NCBI RefSeq assembly: GCF_004010195.1
Contig: NC_057749.1
Span: forward strand, 19,298,432 to 19,362,431
DNA length: 64,000 bases
Direction: 5' to 3'
Source of the DNA: Chiloscyllium plagiosum
Lineage: Eukaryota
Below, in pieces: positions 1 through 13,663 of the stretch. Below the pieces are notes generated by a model, which had not been told where the DNA came from, did not search any database, and was given only the letters and a program-made list of their open reading frames with translations. Positions within the stretch are counted from its first letter, which is position 1; every line of letters begins with the position of its first letter. The position numbers and the translations under genes are program-made.

Positions 1-172
1 CTCCCCTAGCTTATCTCTCCACACTTCAGGCTCTCTGCCTTTATTCCTGATGAAGGGCTTTTGCCCGAAACGTCGATTTCGCTGCTTGTTGAATGCTGCC
101 TGAATTGCTGTGCTCTTCCAGCACCACTGATCCAGAATCTGGTTTCCAGCATCTGCAGTTATTGTTTTTACC
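1..172 (+). mobile_element. 3' end (pLTR) of a Penelope-like element, family A
   Basis: Near-identical to 28460-28612, which lies downstream (across a gap) of PLE RT sequence, and to 35670-35765; contains a hammerhead motif. Confidence 0.8.
43..78 (+). ncRNA. Minimal type I hammerhead ribozyme motif (family A)
   Basis: attc-CTGATGA-a-GGGC tttt GCCC-GAAA-CGTC-gatt: intact core, stem II hairpin, palindromic ACGT stem III, GUC site. Confidence 0.7.
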
Positions 173-214
173 TATATAGGCTGACAGTCCATGTACATTA
201 TTGAGAGAAGGCTT

Positions 215-520
215 TTTCATTTCAAAAGACCATAATGTCAGAATAAGGGATTGCCTATTGAAACAGAGATGTGGGGGAAATCTATTCTGTCAGAGGGTGG
301 TTAATCTGTGGCATCCCTTACCATGAAGAGCAATAAAGGTTTGGATGTTAAGAATATTTAGGGCTGAGATCGACAAACTTTTAATTCAGTAAACAAGCCA
401 AGGGTTCTGGGGAAAAGTGGAGATGAGGATCATCAAATCGAGCATGATCCCATTGAATGGCAGAGCAGACCTGATGGGCTGATTGTCCTATTTCAGTCTG
501 CTCCTCCATTTTATGGTCTT
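215..520 (+). mobile_element. Decayed CR1-clade LINE 3' end
   Basis: cagagggtggttaatctgtgg (RVVxLW) and the tail gaatggcagagcagac shared with other CR1 ends in the window. Confidence 0.7.
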
Positions 521-592
521 GTGTCTCAGTGAGGCCTGCTACGAATTCATATGTTTAAGTGCACTTCTTTGGGTGAGATGCAAAGACAAGTA

Positions 593-1395
593 TTGTGTTA
601 AAAAGCAGAGGTTTACCTCCCTGCCACCCCAAGAATTAAAACTGAAACACTCAAAGAGGAGTACCTCACCCTATAATGTGTAAAATGAGTCTGAAAAATG
701 GTATAACCCGCTTCAACTTCTAGTGGTTAAATAAAATACATCCCTGACACTCATTCCAAAATCAACAAGTAACAATTTATTTATCTAATTCTAACAATGA
801 ACAAATTAACTAACTTATTAACAAACTGAATAAATCCTTTCTACCTGCTAACTGTTCCCAAATAAAACAAGATTCTAATGGTATGCTGTTCCAATAAATA
901 TAATTTCCACTCATATACAGAAAAAACATAATTTAGTCTCTTGAAATTACAGCCAGGTTACATGTCTTCCAAAATGTTTGGTGCCTTCTCCCATTGATCC
1001 TTCTGTCGGGGATGCTTCCTCCAATTCTTCCGTTAGAAATATCTTCTTTATTTACATGGCACTTTCTCTATTACATCGATGACTGAGAGAGCCGATTTCT
1101 CTCTGGAGAGCTGAGGGTAGTTAGCCCTTGGGTCTTGGCCAACTGCCCCCATCTTTTATACCCTTGATGACATATCAATATTTCTGACAATAAGATTCGT
1201 CTTATATTGTCAAAACCATCAGATTTAATTTTAATAAGCTTTTGGTATCCAGGTGTCTGGTTCAAATTGATTGGCTAAATTCAAAAACTACTCCTGGCCT
1301 GCTGATACAAATGTTTCAGTTCATGCTGTCTGTGTCCTTACATTTAAATCTCTAAGCAAAGAAGCAATGCCATCTTTTAAAAGGGCCACGCAACG
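593..1395 (-). mobile_element. Probable solo LTR
   Basis: On the minus strand: CCAAT (~1268), TATAAAAG (~1158) and AATAAA (~780) in LTR order, with TG/CA-compatible ends; no coding sequence. Confidence 0.4.
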
Positions 1396-1499
1396 CTTTC
1401 CCTATTTTACAATTTTATAAACACAAAATTCTAATTCTTGTCTCCCAATCTGAAGGGTCTTTTTCAGTGCTGTACATCTCTATGACTCTATGACCTTTC

Positions 1500-2270
1500 A
1501 AAGAAGAGAGTTTGAAAAATACACATCCCTCAGAGAAAAATATTCTCCTCATCTCGGTCTTAAATGAGTAACCCTTCTTCTAGAATCACCCACAAGAGGA
1601 TACATTCTCTCCACATGGACCCTGTCAGGATCTTGTATGTTTTAATCAAGTTACATGTTTCTGTTCTAAACTCCAGTGGATACAGCTCTACCTTGCCTGG
1701 CTTTACCTCAGGAGATAATGTGCCCAATCCAGCTATTAATGGAGTAAACCTTCTCTGAACTGCCTCCAATGCATTTACAGCTTTCCTTAAAGAACGAGGC
1801 CTGAAGAGTCTACCATACTGCAGATGTAATCTCACCAAAGCGTATACGGTTGAGTCATAATCCCTCCATTTTTGCATTCATTTTCCTTGCAATTAGCAAC
1901 AACATTCTATTACCTTTTCTGATTCTTGCTGTACCTGCACACTGATATTTTGTAATTCATGTATGAGGACATCCCTGCACACTGATATTTTGTAATTCAT
2001 GTATGAGGACATCCTTATGCTCTGCATCTCAGAGCTTTGCAACCTCTCACCATTTTGCTAATATGCTGCTTTTTTATTTTTCCAAACAAAATGGACAAGT
2101 TCACATTTTCCAATAATTTACTCCAATAGCAAGTCTTTGCCTATTCACTTGACTTGTCTTAATCCTTTGTACCTTCCTTGTGTCATCTTCATAATTTACT
2201 TTCTTACTTTCATTGTGTTATCAGCAAATTTAGCAATCAGAATCTCAATCCCTTCGTCCAAGTCATTTAT
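1500..2270 (-). mobile_element. CR1-clade LINE ORF2 fragment
   Basis: Y.ALVRLHLQY and LEAVQRRFT motifs of the CR1 RT C-terminus; contains a 40-bp tandem duplication at 1934-2013. Confidence 0.8.
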
Positions 2271-2273
2271 AAA

Positions 2274-2757
2274 AGTGCAGGTTCATAGCTCCTTGAAAGT
2301 AGAGTTGCAGGTAGATAGGATGGTGAAGAAGGCGTTTGGTATGCTTTCCTTTATTGATCAGAGTATTGAGTACAGGAGTTGGGAGGTCATGTTGCGACTN
2401 NNNNNNNNNNNNNNNNNNNNNNNNNNNNNNNNNNNNNNNNNNNNNNNNNNNNNNNNNNNNNNNNNNNNNNNNNNNNNNNNNNNNNNNNNNNNNNNNNNNN
2501 NNNNNNNNNNNNNNNNNNNNNNNNNNNNNNNNNNNNNNNNNNNNNNNNNNNNNNNNNNNNNNNNNNNNNNNNNNTGGTGGAGGCTGGTACAATTGCAACA
2601 TTTAAGAGGCATTTGGATGGGTATATGAATAGGAAGGGTTTGGAGGGATATGGGCCAGGTGCTAGCAGATGGGACTAGATTGGGTTGGGATATCTGGTTA
2701 GCATGGACGGGTTGGACCAAAGGGTCTGTTTCCATGCTGTACATCTCTATAACTCTA
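2274..2757 (+). mobile_element. CR1-clade LINE 3' end spanning an assembly gap
   Basis: VKKAFGMLSFI..IEYRS and FKRHLDGYM motifs plus the CR1 tail. Confidence 0.8.
2400..2574. other. Assembly gap (N run)
   Basis: Ns in the sequence. Confidence 1.
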
Positions 2758-4324
2758 CAATTGTAAATTGAGGCCCCAGAAATGATCCTTGTAATACGCC
2801 ACTCGATAGATTTTGCCAAACAATGTGATTCATTTATGACTATTCCTCATTTCCTATTAGCTAACTATCGTCTATCCAATATGTACCCTACACACGCACA
2901 TGCCCACACACATGTACACTTTCTCTCTGACTTCCCACGTTCTGCAATAATCTCTGATGCGGTACCTTGTAAATGGCCTTCTGAAACATGCAGTTACTGA
3001 TTCCAGTTTGATACAAGCGAAAATTACTACTTCAAAGGAGTCCAATACATTGGTTACACCTGATTTCCCTTTCACAAAACAGTGTTGTTATCCCTACCAT
3101 CACAAGAACCAACCTTCAGCCAATTTGATTTACTTTATGTAATATCACAATAAGGCTGAAAAATAGTGAGTGCGCACTGGATACAGCAAAGACTATGGAC
3201 CCCAAAAGTATCCCAGCTGCAGTACTGAAGACTTGTGCTTTCGAATTAACTTCACTGTTATCCAATAAAACTACAGCACTAGCATATGTCTGACAGTGTG
3301 AAAAATTACCCAGGTTTGTCCTGATCACAAAAAGGCAGTGGAAGAGGGAGACCCAGAACTTGAATCAAAACTGGCATTGGCGTAGAAAGAATCTGATTGG
3401 CCATTTGTGAAATGTGCTGCTGTGGCAGAAATGAGTCTTTGCTGATTTTATTGGGGCCGATTACCCTCTTCCTTTTGATACTGACCCTCAAGTAAGCAAG
3501 TACTGTCGGCTTCTAGAAATGGGATGTGGGTTATGGTGTTAGTCCCTGTCAATGCCTGGGCTCCATACATTTTGGCTACCTGGGCCAGTTGACAAAGACC
3601 TTGCCCTGCCAGAACTGTATGAGAGTCTGTGCAACTGACACTCCACATTCAAACAAAAATGCATAAGCATCTTCCACCCCCTCAAAAAGTTTGGGAACAT
3701 CAGGCTCCTCATGGACAGCCCCAGCAGCAACTGAACGTCACATTGCCATCCTCACTCAGGAACTCTCACACTATGATATTGCCATCACTGCTCTGAAAGA
3801 ATCATAGTGTATAGGAGAAGGTCAGCTCAAAGCACAAGGTGAATATAGCTGCTGGATGGGTAAACCTGAGGAAGACCATGGACTCCATGAGCGTGGTCGC
3901 ACCATCAAGAACAAACTTGGCTGAGCCCTCATGGAATAACCCAATGCCCCATGGCCTGTTGGCTCACCTTAACACAGGAGCAGTACACCAGAGTCATCAG
4001 AGCATACGCCTCGAGCGTGGAAGCAATGGATGAGGCCAAGAAGAATTTTTCTCCAGCCCTGAGCGCTTGTTATCTGTGTCCCAAAGGGAGACAAGCTAAT
4101 TCTTCTTGGTGATTTCAATGCCAGCCTTGAGAGGGACACAACCCTCTGGAAAGGTTTGATTGGCAGGGAAGGCAAACTTCAATGTGCTGTCCTCCTGACA
4201 TGGTGCCTAGAGAATGGCCTGATCAGAACGCACACCCTATTTTGTTAGCGTGATAAATACAAGACCTTATGGCAATGCTCGTTGCAGACATTGACACCTG
4301 TTTGACTGCATCATCATCCATGGC

Positions 4325-5830
4325 GAGTCAATGTTTCGAGCATAAGCTCTTCATCAGGAATGGTGAGGAAGGGGGGGTGAGAGATAAATGGGAGGGGGCT
4401 GGGCTGGGCTTGGGGGAGGGTAGCTGACATAAAGATCTGGGTAAGGTGGAGGCAGGGGAAATGAAGAAACTGGTGAAATCAACATTGATTCTGTGTGGCT
4501 GAAGGGTCCTAACGTGGAAGATGAGGCGTTCTTCCTCTAGGCTTCGGCTGGCCAGAGTTTGGCAGTGGAGGAGGCCAAGGACTTATATGTCCTTGGCGGA
4601 GAGGGAGGGGGAGTTGAAGAGTTTGGCAACAGGGCTGTGGAATTGATTGATCCAGAGATGTTCTCTCAAACATTCTGCAAGTTGGCATCCTGTCTCCCCC
4701 AATGTAGAGGAGACCACATTGGGTGCAATGGATGCAGTTGTTGATGTGTGCAGAAGTACAGGTAAATCACTCTCAGATGTGGAAGGATCCTTTGGGGCCT
4801 TGGATGGAGGTGAGGGGGTAGGTGTGGGCGCAGGTTTTGCTGCTCTTGCAGTGGCAAGGGAAGTTGCCGGGTGTGGAGGGTGGGTTGGTGGGGCCCAACA
4901 AGACAGTCACGGAAAGAATGGTCTCTCTGGATAGGATTGCGGAGGGAACTATATCCCTGGTGGTAGGGTCTGTGTCTGGTGGCAGAAATGGTAGAGGATG
5001 ATGCGTTGTATCTGGAGGTTAGTGGAGTGGAAGCTGAGGACCGGTGGGGGCGGTTCTGTCATTATTGCAGTGGTGGGGTGGGGTTCAAGGGCAGAGGTGC
5101 GTCGAGTAGAAGAGATGCATTGGAGGGTATCGTTGACCACATTCAATGGGAAATTGCAGTCCATGAAGAAGGAGGCCATCTGGGTGTTCTGTGGTAGAAT
5201 TGGTTCTCCTGGGAGCAGATGCGGTGGAGGAATTGGAAGAAGGAATAGAGTTTTTGCAGGACGCAGAGTGGGAGGAGGTGTAGTCCAGGTAGTTGTGAAA
5301 GTTAGTGGGTTTGTAATAGATGTCCGTGTTGAGTCGGTCACCAGAAATGGAGATGGAGATGTCCAAGATGGTCCTGGTGAACTTGAGGTCAGGGTGGAAG
5401 GTGTTTGTGAAGTTGATGAACTGTTCAACCTCCTTGTGGAAGCACGAGGTGGTGCCGATACAGTCATTGATGTAGTGGAGGAAAAGGTGGGGAATGGTGC
5501 TGCTGTAGTTGCGGAAGATAGACAATTCCACATACCTGACAAAGAGGCAGGCATAACTGGGGCCCATGCGACTGCCCATGCCTATCCTTTTGGTCTGAAG
5601 GAAGTAGGATGATTTGAAGGAGAAATTTTTAAGGGTGAGGGCCAGTTCTCTCGATGGGCTGCGCATTGTGAGAGTGAGAGTTTGGAGTGGCAGAGAGGCA
5701 CCTATCCACTCCACCCTCCTCTCTGACCTATCACCATCACACCCCACCTTCATCTACTTATGGCATTCCCAGCTACCTTACCCCCCCCCCCCGCCCCAGC
5801 CTCACATCCCTCCCATTTATCTTTCAACTC
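4325..5830 (-). mobile_element. Penelope-like element (RT to pLTR) with an inverted pLTR piece at ~5690-5830
   Basis: ORF 5085-5753 (MGPSYACLFV, YYKPT..HNYLDY); pLTR with a decayed hammerhead at 4325-4360. Confidence 0.85.
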
Positions 5831-6094
5831 AGTTTCATTGTGAGCCCCTAATACGCATCCCACATTATGATACTTGTCACCATCTATGGACAGGTCTCAC
5901 CTGATCAGAGGTTGAAAAGACCTCCCAACTGATGACAACCAACAAGGCCACCATTGCACGCAGAATGCTTACCACAATACTAAAATATGGTGGGGGAGCA
6001 GTCTTGGAACACATACAGGACCTCACTTCCCTCTTCTGGAAGAAGAAGACCATGGTAGGCTGATCTCTAAGGTGCCATAATTGTGATTGTCTTA

Positions 6095-6330
6095 TTGATT
6101 GGATTTATTGTTATTGTCACACGTGCCAAAGTATTGTGAAAAGTACTGCTTTGCATGCTAATTAGACAAATCATTCTTAGGTAAGTGCATCGGGTAATAG
6201 AATATAATGCAATATGTAGTATTCTGTTTACAGAGAAGATACAGAGAAAAATCAACTCTAATATGAGATGTCCTTTCATAAGTTTGATAATAGCGGGGAA
6301 GAAGCTGTTCTTAAATCCAGAAATGTGCAA
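6095..6330 (-). mobile_element. Rex1/Babar-like LINE 3' end
   Basis: FKNSFFPAIIKL C-terminal motif followed by a gtgacaataa..aataaatccaatc tail. Confidence 0.55.
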
Positions 6331-7179
6331 TGAAACATGAGATGTGCTTTCCAGCTCCAACTTATCCCAAGATGGTAGTTAACAGGAATTCCCAGCTTTC
6401 TGCCCTGTCCCAAACCCTTGAAGTTCCACTTTGCAGTTGAGATCACGTAAGGCAGCTTTTGCCAAGTCTTCACAGTCTTGTTGTGTGATCTTTGCCTGCG
6501 GGTTGAGCACCTCAGTTCCCATCTCCAGGATCAGCTGGGAGAAGTCAGGATTGTGGGCCATTGGGTTACGGAGCAGGCCTGCTTCTGGTGTGTGTTATCA
6601 AACTTTTGTATCTTCTGTCTGATGGAAGAGGGTTGAAGGGAGTGTAACTAGGGCTGCCTCTAAAGAGAGGTCTCCCACTGTTGCCACAAGTAAAGTCATT
6701 GCAAAGATCCTCCTACCAGTGATGGAAGAGCTTCTACTGAAGGCACAGTGAAGATTCTGTCCATCAAGAAGCACAATGGACATGATCTTCACAGCATGAC
6801 AAGTCCAGGAAAAATGCAGAGAGCAGCAGCAACCATGATACATAGCCTTTCTTGATCTTGCATAGGCCTTGGAATCTGTTAGGCAGGATTATGGAGCATT
6901 CTCCTCAAATCTGACAGCCAATAGAAACTTGTCACATTCCTCTATCTCCTGCACAGCAACATGAAAACTGTTCAACCTGTGTCACCTCCAATCCAGAGGC
7001 AAAATCCCTCTAACCTGTGGACTGCAATACACAGACAATGCTTGCAAGTGCAAATGGGCTTTAAGCTAAACATCTGGAAGACAAACCATTCTACCAGTCT
7101 GCTTTCTCGACTATTAACTACAGAGAGTCACTGGGTAACGAATCAATTCTCATACTTTGAGAGTCACCCTTCAGCAATT

Positions 7180-8600
7180 TAAAGAGATCATTGATGATCT
7201 ATGGCCTAACTCCATACACTAGCCTTTGGCTCATATCCTTTAATACCTTTGCTTAACAAAAAATTATCCATCTTGGATTTAAAATTAGCGACTGTACCCT
7301 CTCAATTTTGGAAGAGTTCCATCCTTCTCAACATCTCTGCTGAATGGTCTGGACCTTATTCTCAAACTATGCTGCCTAGTTCTAGAATCCCCAACCAGTG
7401 GAAAATGTTTATCTTTATCTACTCTGCCTTTTCCTGTTAATTTCTTGAAGACTTTGATCAGATCACCCCTTAACTTTCTAAATTCTCAAGAAAGTTGGCC
7501 TAATTTGTGTAATCTGACCTCAGAACTTACCCCTGAAGTCCAGGTATCATTTTTATTTCTCTATTTTCTAAGATCTTGTCACTGAAAAAGCTGTATCTAG
7601 GTACGTTTGTATCTAAGGTAGCAATGTACGTGGTGACTTATGAACTTTTTACTGCACTCATGTGAGTACATGTGACAACAAAGCTAATTCAATTCATTTC
7701 ATTGAACTCCCTCGTAGGCCAATATATCCTTCCTAAGGTATCTTCCTAAGGCGCAGATCTGCTCTGTGTTCCAAGTGGAGTCTAACAGAGTTTTGTATAA
7801 CTCCAGCATAACATTATGCATCCTTGTATTCCAGTCCTCTAGTGCATCTGAACCCAAGCCTCTGGGCAACCACTGTATTTCACTTGATAGCATCTAGAAA
7901 GTCTCTTGATGTTTCATTTTATGGTCCAAAATGGATATATTGAAATCTACCTGCTACAGTTATTTCCCATTCACTTAGGGATACTGGTGAGACTATGTAG
8001 TTTTATGCTCTCATCTACAATAGCGCCTATCTTTGTGGCATCAGCAAATTTGGATGTAAGACTCATCATGTCATGATTCAAATTGACAATAATTTGAGTA
8101 ATTAACGCCTTAACACCGACCCTTGTGGGATACCATGGGTCACATTCTGCCAATTTGACCAACTACCCATTGTCTCTATTTCCTGTCACTTGCCACTCAA
8201 CCAACTTTCCAGCCATGTTTGTAATTCGTCCTTGGTTCTGTAGGCTTGTATCTTAGTTAACAAGCCCTTGTGTGGAACTTTGCTTCAGGACGTCCATATA
8301 AACAACATCCATTGACATTGCCCTGACCACTACCTTAGTCGCCTCTTAAAAAGATTCAGTGGGGTGTATCAAACATGACCTGTCTGTCATGCTGGCTCTC
8401 CTGATTAACTGGAAACTTTCCAGGTGTCAGTTACACCATCCTTGATTATAGACTCAAAAAAATTCCCTACCACAAATGTTAGGCTAACTGGCCTGTAATT
8501 CTCTAGTTTTCCTCTTTATTTTTCCCTTGTTAAAAAGTGAAGTGACACGTATACTTTTCCATACCAGAGGAATGACTCCTGCATCAAGGGAACTCTGAAA
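7180..8600 (-). mobile_element. Decayed CR1 fragment interrupted by a short + strand retroposon tail (~7560-7698)
   Basis: SKFADATKIG, ELYKTL and EGVQ motifs. Confidence 0.7.
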
Positions 8601-9779
8601 TTGTCACCAATCATAATAACACTGAGAGCAACTTGACTATGACATAGCAACAGCTTCATCACTAAAGATTTAAACCGCTATAGGTAATAGATAATATGTT
8701 TGGAGGTGGAGTTCCTCTGGTTGTGTTTTTTGTACAATACCAAGAGGTCTAGCAGCTGGCAGTTACTAACACTATTTATCCTAAATCCTTTCAATTGTGT
8801 TTCTAGGCCCTTGTAAGCCAAAATGTATGCCCCTGTAGTGGGTAGGAACCTCCATCTGAGCCAAATATAGGTAGTTTCAGTTTAGGCAGAGAGGGTTTGT
8901 GAAAGGGAGGTAGGAATTGGCTTCTTATATTCACTTAGTACATTCACCAGTTTCATTATTGATGCGGCAAGAAAATAAATTATTTATGGATCCGAGATTA
9001 GCAGAATTTTTTTGAAAGCCATTTGCCTAAAATAAGGAACTGAAATAAAGGCAACAACATTTTCATTTATAGATAGATATTTGTTTATTACACTGTCTTA
9101 AATCTTTTGTGCTTACATCAATATCTACAATGATAGTCAACATCCAGTCCAATGTACTAGCTCTGCCTTTGGATGTCTGAAGGACAAAGTGCATGGTGAC
9201 AAAGATCAAACCTGGTATCAAACTCCTGGAATACCGGTCTGCGTATTACCTGTCCTCCTTCCATCAGGCCACATTGTCTGCATGCCTGACTTCCAAAGCA
9301 AGCTCTCAGTTCTTAGCTTTCTAATGAGAAGGCGAAGGTAATATTTAAGGGACGTCTTCAAGGCCTTCCTGAAAAAATGCAATATCACTGCCTACTGTAG
9401 CCCAAGACTGACTAAACTGGAGAAGCTTTTGCAAAGGTGGCAAACAATTCGAATGTCTCCAGCATGCCCTGGTGGAGGTTAAGCATAAACAGCAAAAGGA
9501 GTAAATGAAAACCGTATGGATCCTGCAGTGAACTGTTTGGTTACCTCAAGACCAACAACTCCAAAGTGGAAGAAAGCCATCCTCAATCCCAAGGAACTGC
9601 CTGAGATGAAGAGAAGATTTGACTGACTGTGGCATCAAGGAGTCCTAATAAAATTGGAGTCGAAAAAAATCAGTGGTGAAAAAGTGTTCATTGTGTGATA
9701 CCGTACCTAGCTGAAAAGATTGTTGGAGGCCAATCATCTCTGTTTTGAGATATTGCTACAGGAATTCCTCAGGGTAGAT

Positions 9780-9890
9780 ATTTTCTAATCGACCTGTTCA
9801 GAAATGATATGACACGCTTTTGAGCAGGTGGGACTTCAACCTGAGTCTCCTGACTCAGAGCTAGGGACACTACCACTATACCATAAGAAC
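9780..9890 (-). mobile_element. Short tRNA-derived SINE
   Basis: tggtatagtgg A-box-like and ggttgaagtccc B-box-like motifs; flanked by ttc(c/g)tcagggta duplicates. Confidence 0.55.
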
Positions 9891-10249
9891 TTTGTTCGTC
9901 AGGGTAATGTCCTAGGATCAACTATCTTCATCTGCCTCATCAATGATCTTTTCCTCATCACAAAGTCAGAAGGGGGCTGTTAACTAATAAATGCACAGAA
10001 TCTGGTTCCATTTGTGACTGCTCAGATGTTGAAACATCCTGTGCTTGCACAAAGCAAGAGCTCAACAGCATTTGGGCTTTGATAAGTGGCAAGTGACATA
10101 TGTGCCACATATATACCAATCATTAATCACATTGAAGAAAGAATCTAACCACCTGCTATTCACGTTATCATTGCTGACACTCCTACCTAACAACCCGAAG
10201 ATTAATGTTAATCAGCAACTAAAGTGTACCAATGAAGTAACTGAAGAAG

Positions 10250-10483
10250 TAAGAAGAAAATACTGCAGATGCGGAAAATCTCAAGTAATATTGGAAAGTG
10301 CTGGACAAATTCAGCCAATTTGGCAACATCAGTGGAGAGAGAAAAATAGAATTGGTGTTCTGAGTCTAATATGATTCATTTCAGAAGAAGAGTCCTATTG
10401 GACTTGAAATGTTAACTTTCTTTCCTTCCACAGATGCTGCCAGACTTGCTGAGTTGCTCCAGCATTTTCTACTTTTATTTCAG
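10250..10483. mobile_element. Old palindromic PLE-derived element with a degenerate hammerhead
   Basis: Imperfect inverted arms around cagaagaa-GAGTC..GACTT-GAAA-tgtt; relatives at ~20255-20470, ~48180-48280 and ~54070-54150. Confidence 0.55.
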
Positions 10484-10543
10484 GTAAATGCTGTCTTTAC
10501 AAGATCAGGTCAGAGGCTAGAATGTTTAAATGACCACCTCTTT

Positions 10544-10882
10544 GTGGCACAGTGACTCAGTAGTTAGCACTGCTGCCTCACAGCACCAGGGACCGGGTTC
10601 GATTCCAACTTTGGGTTACTGTCTGTGTGGAGTTTGCATGTTCTCCCTGTGTCTGCATAGGTTTCATCCAGGTGCTCTGGTTTCCTCCCACAGTCCAAAG
10701 ATGTGCAGGTTAGGTGAGTTGCCCATACTAAATTGCCCATAGTTTCAGAGATGTGTAAGTTAGGTGCATTAGTCAGATGAAATGTAGAGCAATAGGGTAG
10801 GGGAATGGGTTTGGGTGGGTTTCTCTTGGGAGAGTCGGTGCGGACTTGTTGGACCAAATGACCTGTTTCCACACTTTAGGTA
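10544..10882 (+). mobile_element. V-SINE (HE1-like) tRNA-derived SINE
   Basis: tRNA head, V-domain-type core gtgtggagtttgcatgttctccc, CR1-like tail. Confidence 0.88.
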
Positions 10883-11589
10883 TTCTGTGAACTCACTCAA
10901 ATCCTGGCTACTATCTCCAAAGCAGAAGTGTAGTAGAATATTTTCTAGGCTGAGTGGCACTCCAACAAAATTGAATAAACTAGACAGTGACAAGGGCACC
11001 TGCTTTATTGTCACTCGTACCATCACCTTGAAACACTCAGTCCCTCCGGCATTGGCACATTGATTTACAAGATGTACTGCAACTGCTTATCAAGGCAGTT
11101 TTGATAACACCTTCTAAACAGCAACCTCTACCATTTGGGAGAGCAAATGCAGAAAATTAACAGGAGCACCATCAGCTTTAAATTCCCTTCCAATACACAA
11201 CCTCTTGGCTTGAAATTATATCGGCGTTTCTTTACAGTTGCTGAAGTAAAATCGTGGAACTCAATCACTAAGTGTACTCTGGCTGTACCACAAGTTGCAG
11301 TGGTTCAAGAAGGTGGCTCAGCACCACCTTCTCGAGGGCTGTTAGGGGCAGGCAATAAATGATGGCCTTGGCAATGACACCTTCATCCCTTGAATTAAAA
11401 AAGAATAGCACCTCCCCTTATTAGACTGAGCATGTCTACATGTGAGGAAGATGAAGAATCAACATTTCGCCTCTTGGGCCTGCTGTAGCATTTAATAAGA
11501 TTGTGGCTGATGGCGACTGATAGTGTTGTTTTGTATGGCTGGGAACCTTCGGTGCTAACGTGAATTCTGTCACTTAGCAGCAGACTGTT

Positions 11590-12897
11590 AGACCATAAGA
11601 GATAGGAGCAGAAATTAGGCCATTCAGCCCTTTGAGTCTGCTCTGCCATTTAATCATGGCTGATAGGTTTTTCATCCCCATTCTCTGGCTTTCTTCCAGT
11701 TACCCTTGATCTCCTTGACAATCAAGAACCTATTTATCTCCATCTTAAATATACTCAATGACCACAGACTCACCACTCTCTGGCAGAAGACGTTTCTCCT
11801 GATCTTCATTCTAAAAGGTCTTTCATTTATTCTAAGGCTGTGCCCCCAGGTCCTAATCTCTCCTACCAATGGAAACATCTTCCCAACATCTACTCTGTCC
11901 AAGCTATTCAATATTCTGTAAGTTACAATTAGATTTCCCCCCCCCCCCCCCACCTTCGTCCTTCTAAACCCCATCGAAAATAAAGCCAGAGTCCTCAAAC
12001 GTTCCTCATATGTTAATCTTTTCATTCCTGGAACCATTCTTGTGAATTTCCTCAGAACACCTTCCAGGGCCAGTACATTCTTGTGATATGAGGCCCAAAA
12101 CTCTGCACAATACTCCAAATATAGTCTGACCAGAGCCTTATAGAGCCTCAGAAGTCCATCCCTGCTTTTTTATTCAAATCCTTTCAAAATAAATGCCAAC
12201 ATTGCATTTGCCTTCCTAACTACTGACTCAACTTGCAAGTTTACCTTGAGAATCCTGGACTAGAACTCCAAATCTCTTTGCACTTCAGGCTTCTGAATTT
12301 TTTTCCCATTTAGGAAATAGTCCCTACCTCTATTATTCCTACCAAAGTGCATGACCTTGCACTTTCCCATGTTGTACTCTATCTGCCCACTCTCCGAACC
12401 TGTTCAAATCCTTCTGCAGCCCTCTTCGCCTCCACAGTGCTATCTGTGCCTCTACCTATCTTTGTATCATCTGCAAACTTAGCCAGAATGCCCACCATTA
12501 CTTCATCTAGATCGTTAATGTATAAAGTAATAAGTTGTGGTCCCAACATTGAGCCCTGTGGAACACCACTTGTCACTGGCTGCAATCCTGAGAAGGGCCC
12601 TTTTATCCCCACTCCCTGCTTTCTGCCAGACAGCCAAGCTTCTATCCATGCTAGTATCTTCCCTCTAAAACCATGGGCCCTTATCTTACTGAATAGCTTC
12701 CTGTGCAGCGCCCTGTGAAAGACTTTCTTGAAGTCCAGATGGATAACATCTATTGGCTGTCCTTGGTCTAACATGCTCGTTACTTCCTCAAAGAATTCTA
12801 GTAGATTTGTCAGTCGTGACCTACCCCTGATGAAACCATGCTGACTTTGCTCTATTTCCAGTTCCACGTATTTAGAAATCTCATCCTTCACAATGGA
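11590..12897 (-). mobile_element. CR1-clade LINE, RT to 3' end
   Basis: QHGFIRGRS.LTNLLEFFE, SGVPQGS.LGP and KFADDTKIG motifs. Confidence 0.9.
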
Positions 12898-12929
12898 CCT
12901 CCAGATCTGCATACGTGCCAATATTTTGG

Positions 12930-13450
12930 AACTGTAGCAGCAACTTGAATTCATAGAAGGCCTCCAATGTAGCAAAATGTCCTGAAGTGCTTCACAAGAC
13001 TGGAATAGGATAGCCATTGACATGAAGTCATGCAAAAAGCTAGAGGGACAGGTGATTAAGAGGAATATTGAATGGCCTGGGACAGAGTGGATCTTGAGGC
13101 CTGAATTACAGCAGGACAAAGAGCAAGAGCGAGCCAGAGAGGTTGAGGAAGGGAATTCCAGAGTTTAGAGCCTTCAGCAGCTGAATGCTTGGTTACCAAT
13201 GGAATGTTGAAAGTAAGGTTTGTACGAGAGGTTAGAATTGGAGGAGTACGGAGATTTTGCAGGGTTGAGAGATTGGGGGCATTGTAAAGATGGGAAGGAG
13301 TGAGGCGAGCCAGAGCAACACTGGAATAGTCATGTCTGGCAGTAACAAAGGCATGGATGAACAATTTAGCAGCTAATGTGTGAGAACCTGAGAGAATGTG
13401 ATTGGTGTGTAACTGATCATCTTTGATGACAGAATGGATTGGCGATCAGA
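12930..13450 (-). mobile_element. L2-clade LINE 3' fragment
   Basis: FIHAFVTARHDYS (L2 LIHAFVTSRLDY) and KLWNSLP. Confidence 0.7.
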
Positions 13451-13663
13451 TGGAACCTACTACCTACATTTTGATCACCAATTCAGCATTAGTCCCCAAA
13501 TTTCTACAGTCATAAAGAAATGAACAGGTATATTTGTTGAACAAGTGTTTAATCTATGTGACTGTTCCTATTTTGTTGGTGTTGGTTGTATTTCTGCTTT
13601 ATTTAGATTATGAAGTAGTAACAAATTCAGCCAGTAGGGTGCACTAATGTACAGGTTTTGCAG

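Larger units (their letters stand above)
3670..9620 (+). mobile_element. Old RTE-clade LINE split by nested insertions (pieces ~3670-4325, ~5880-6090, ~6660-7140, ~9100-9620)
   Basis: APE motifs (NIRLLMD, GEGQL, LLGDFNA), RT motifs (LKYGG, STMDMIFTA.QVQEKCREQ, IAFLDL, GFKLNIWKT) and C-terminal SAFG / GHIVCMPD, in collinear order. Confidence 0.75.
9620..11395 (+). mobile_element. Decayed L2-like LINE with nested SINEs and a palindromic element
   Basis: GxPQG..LG..LINDL RT motif, KSWNS, and the tail gcaataaatgatggcc. Confidence 0.6.

Noticed and set aside
10544..10620. tRNA genes at SINE heads
   Set aside because: A/B-box heads run straight into SINE bodies, and no complete cloverleaf is evident.
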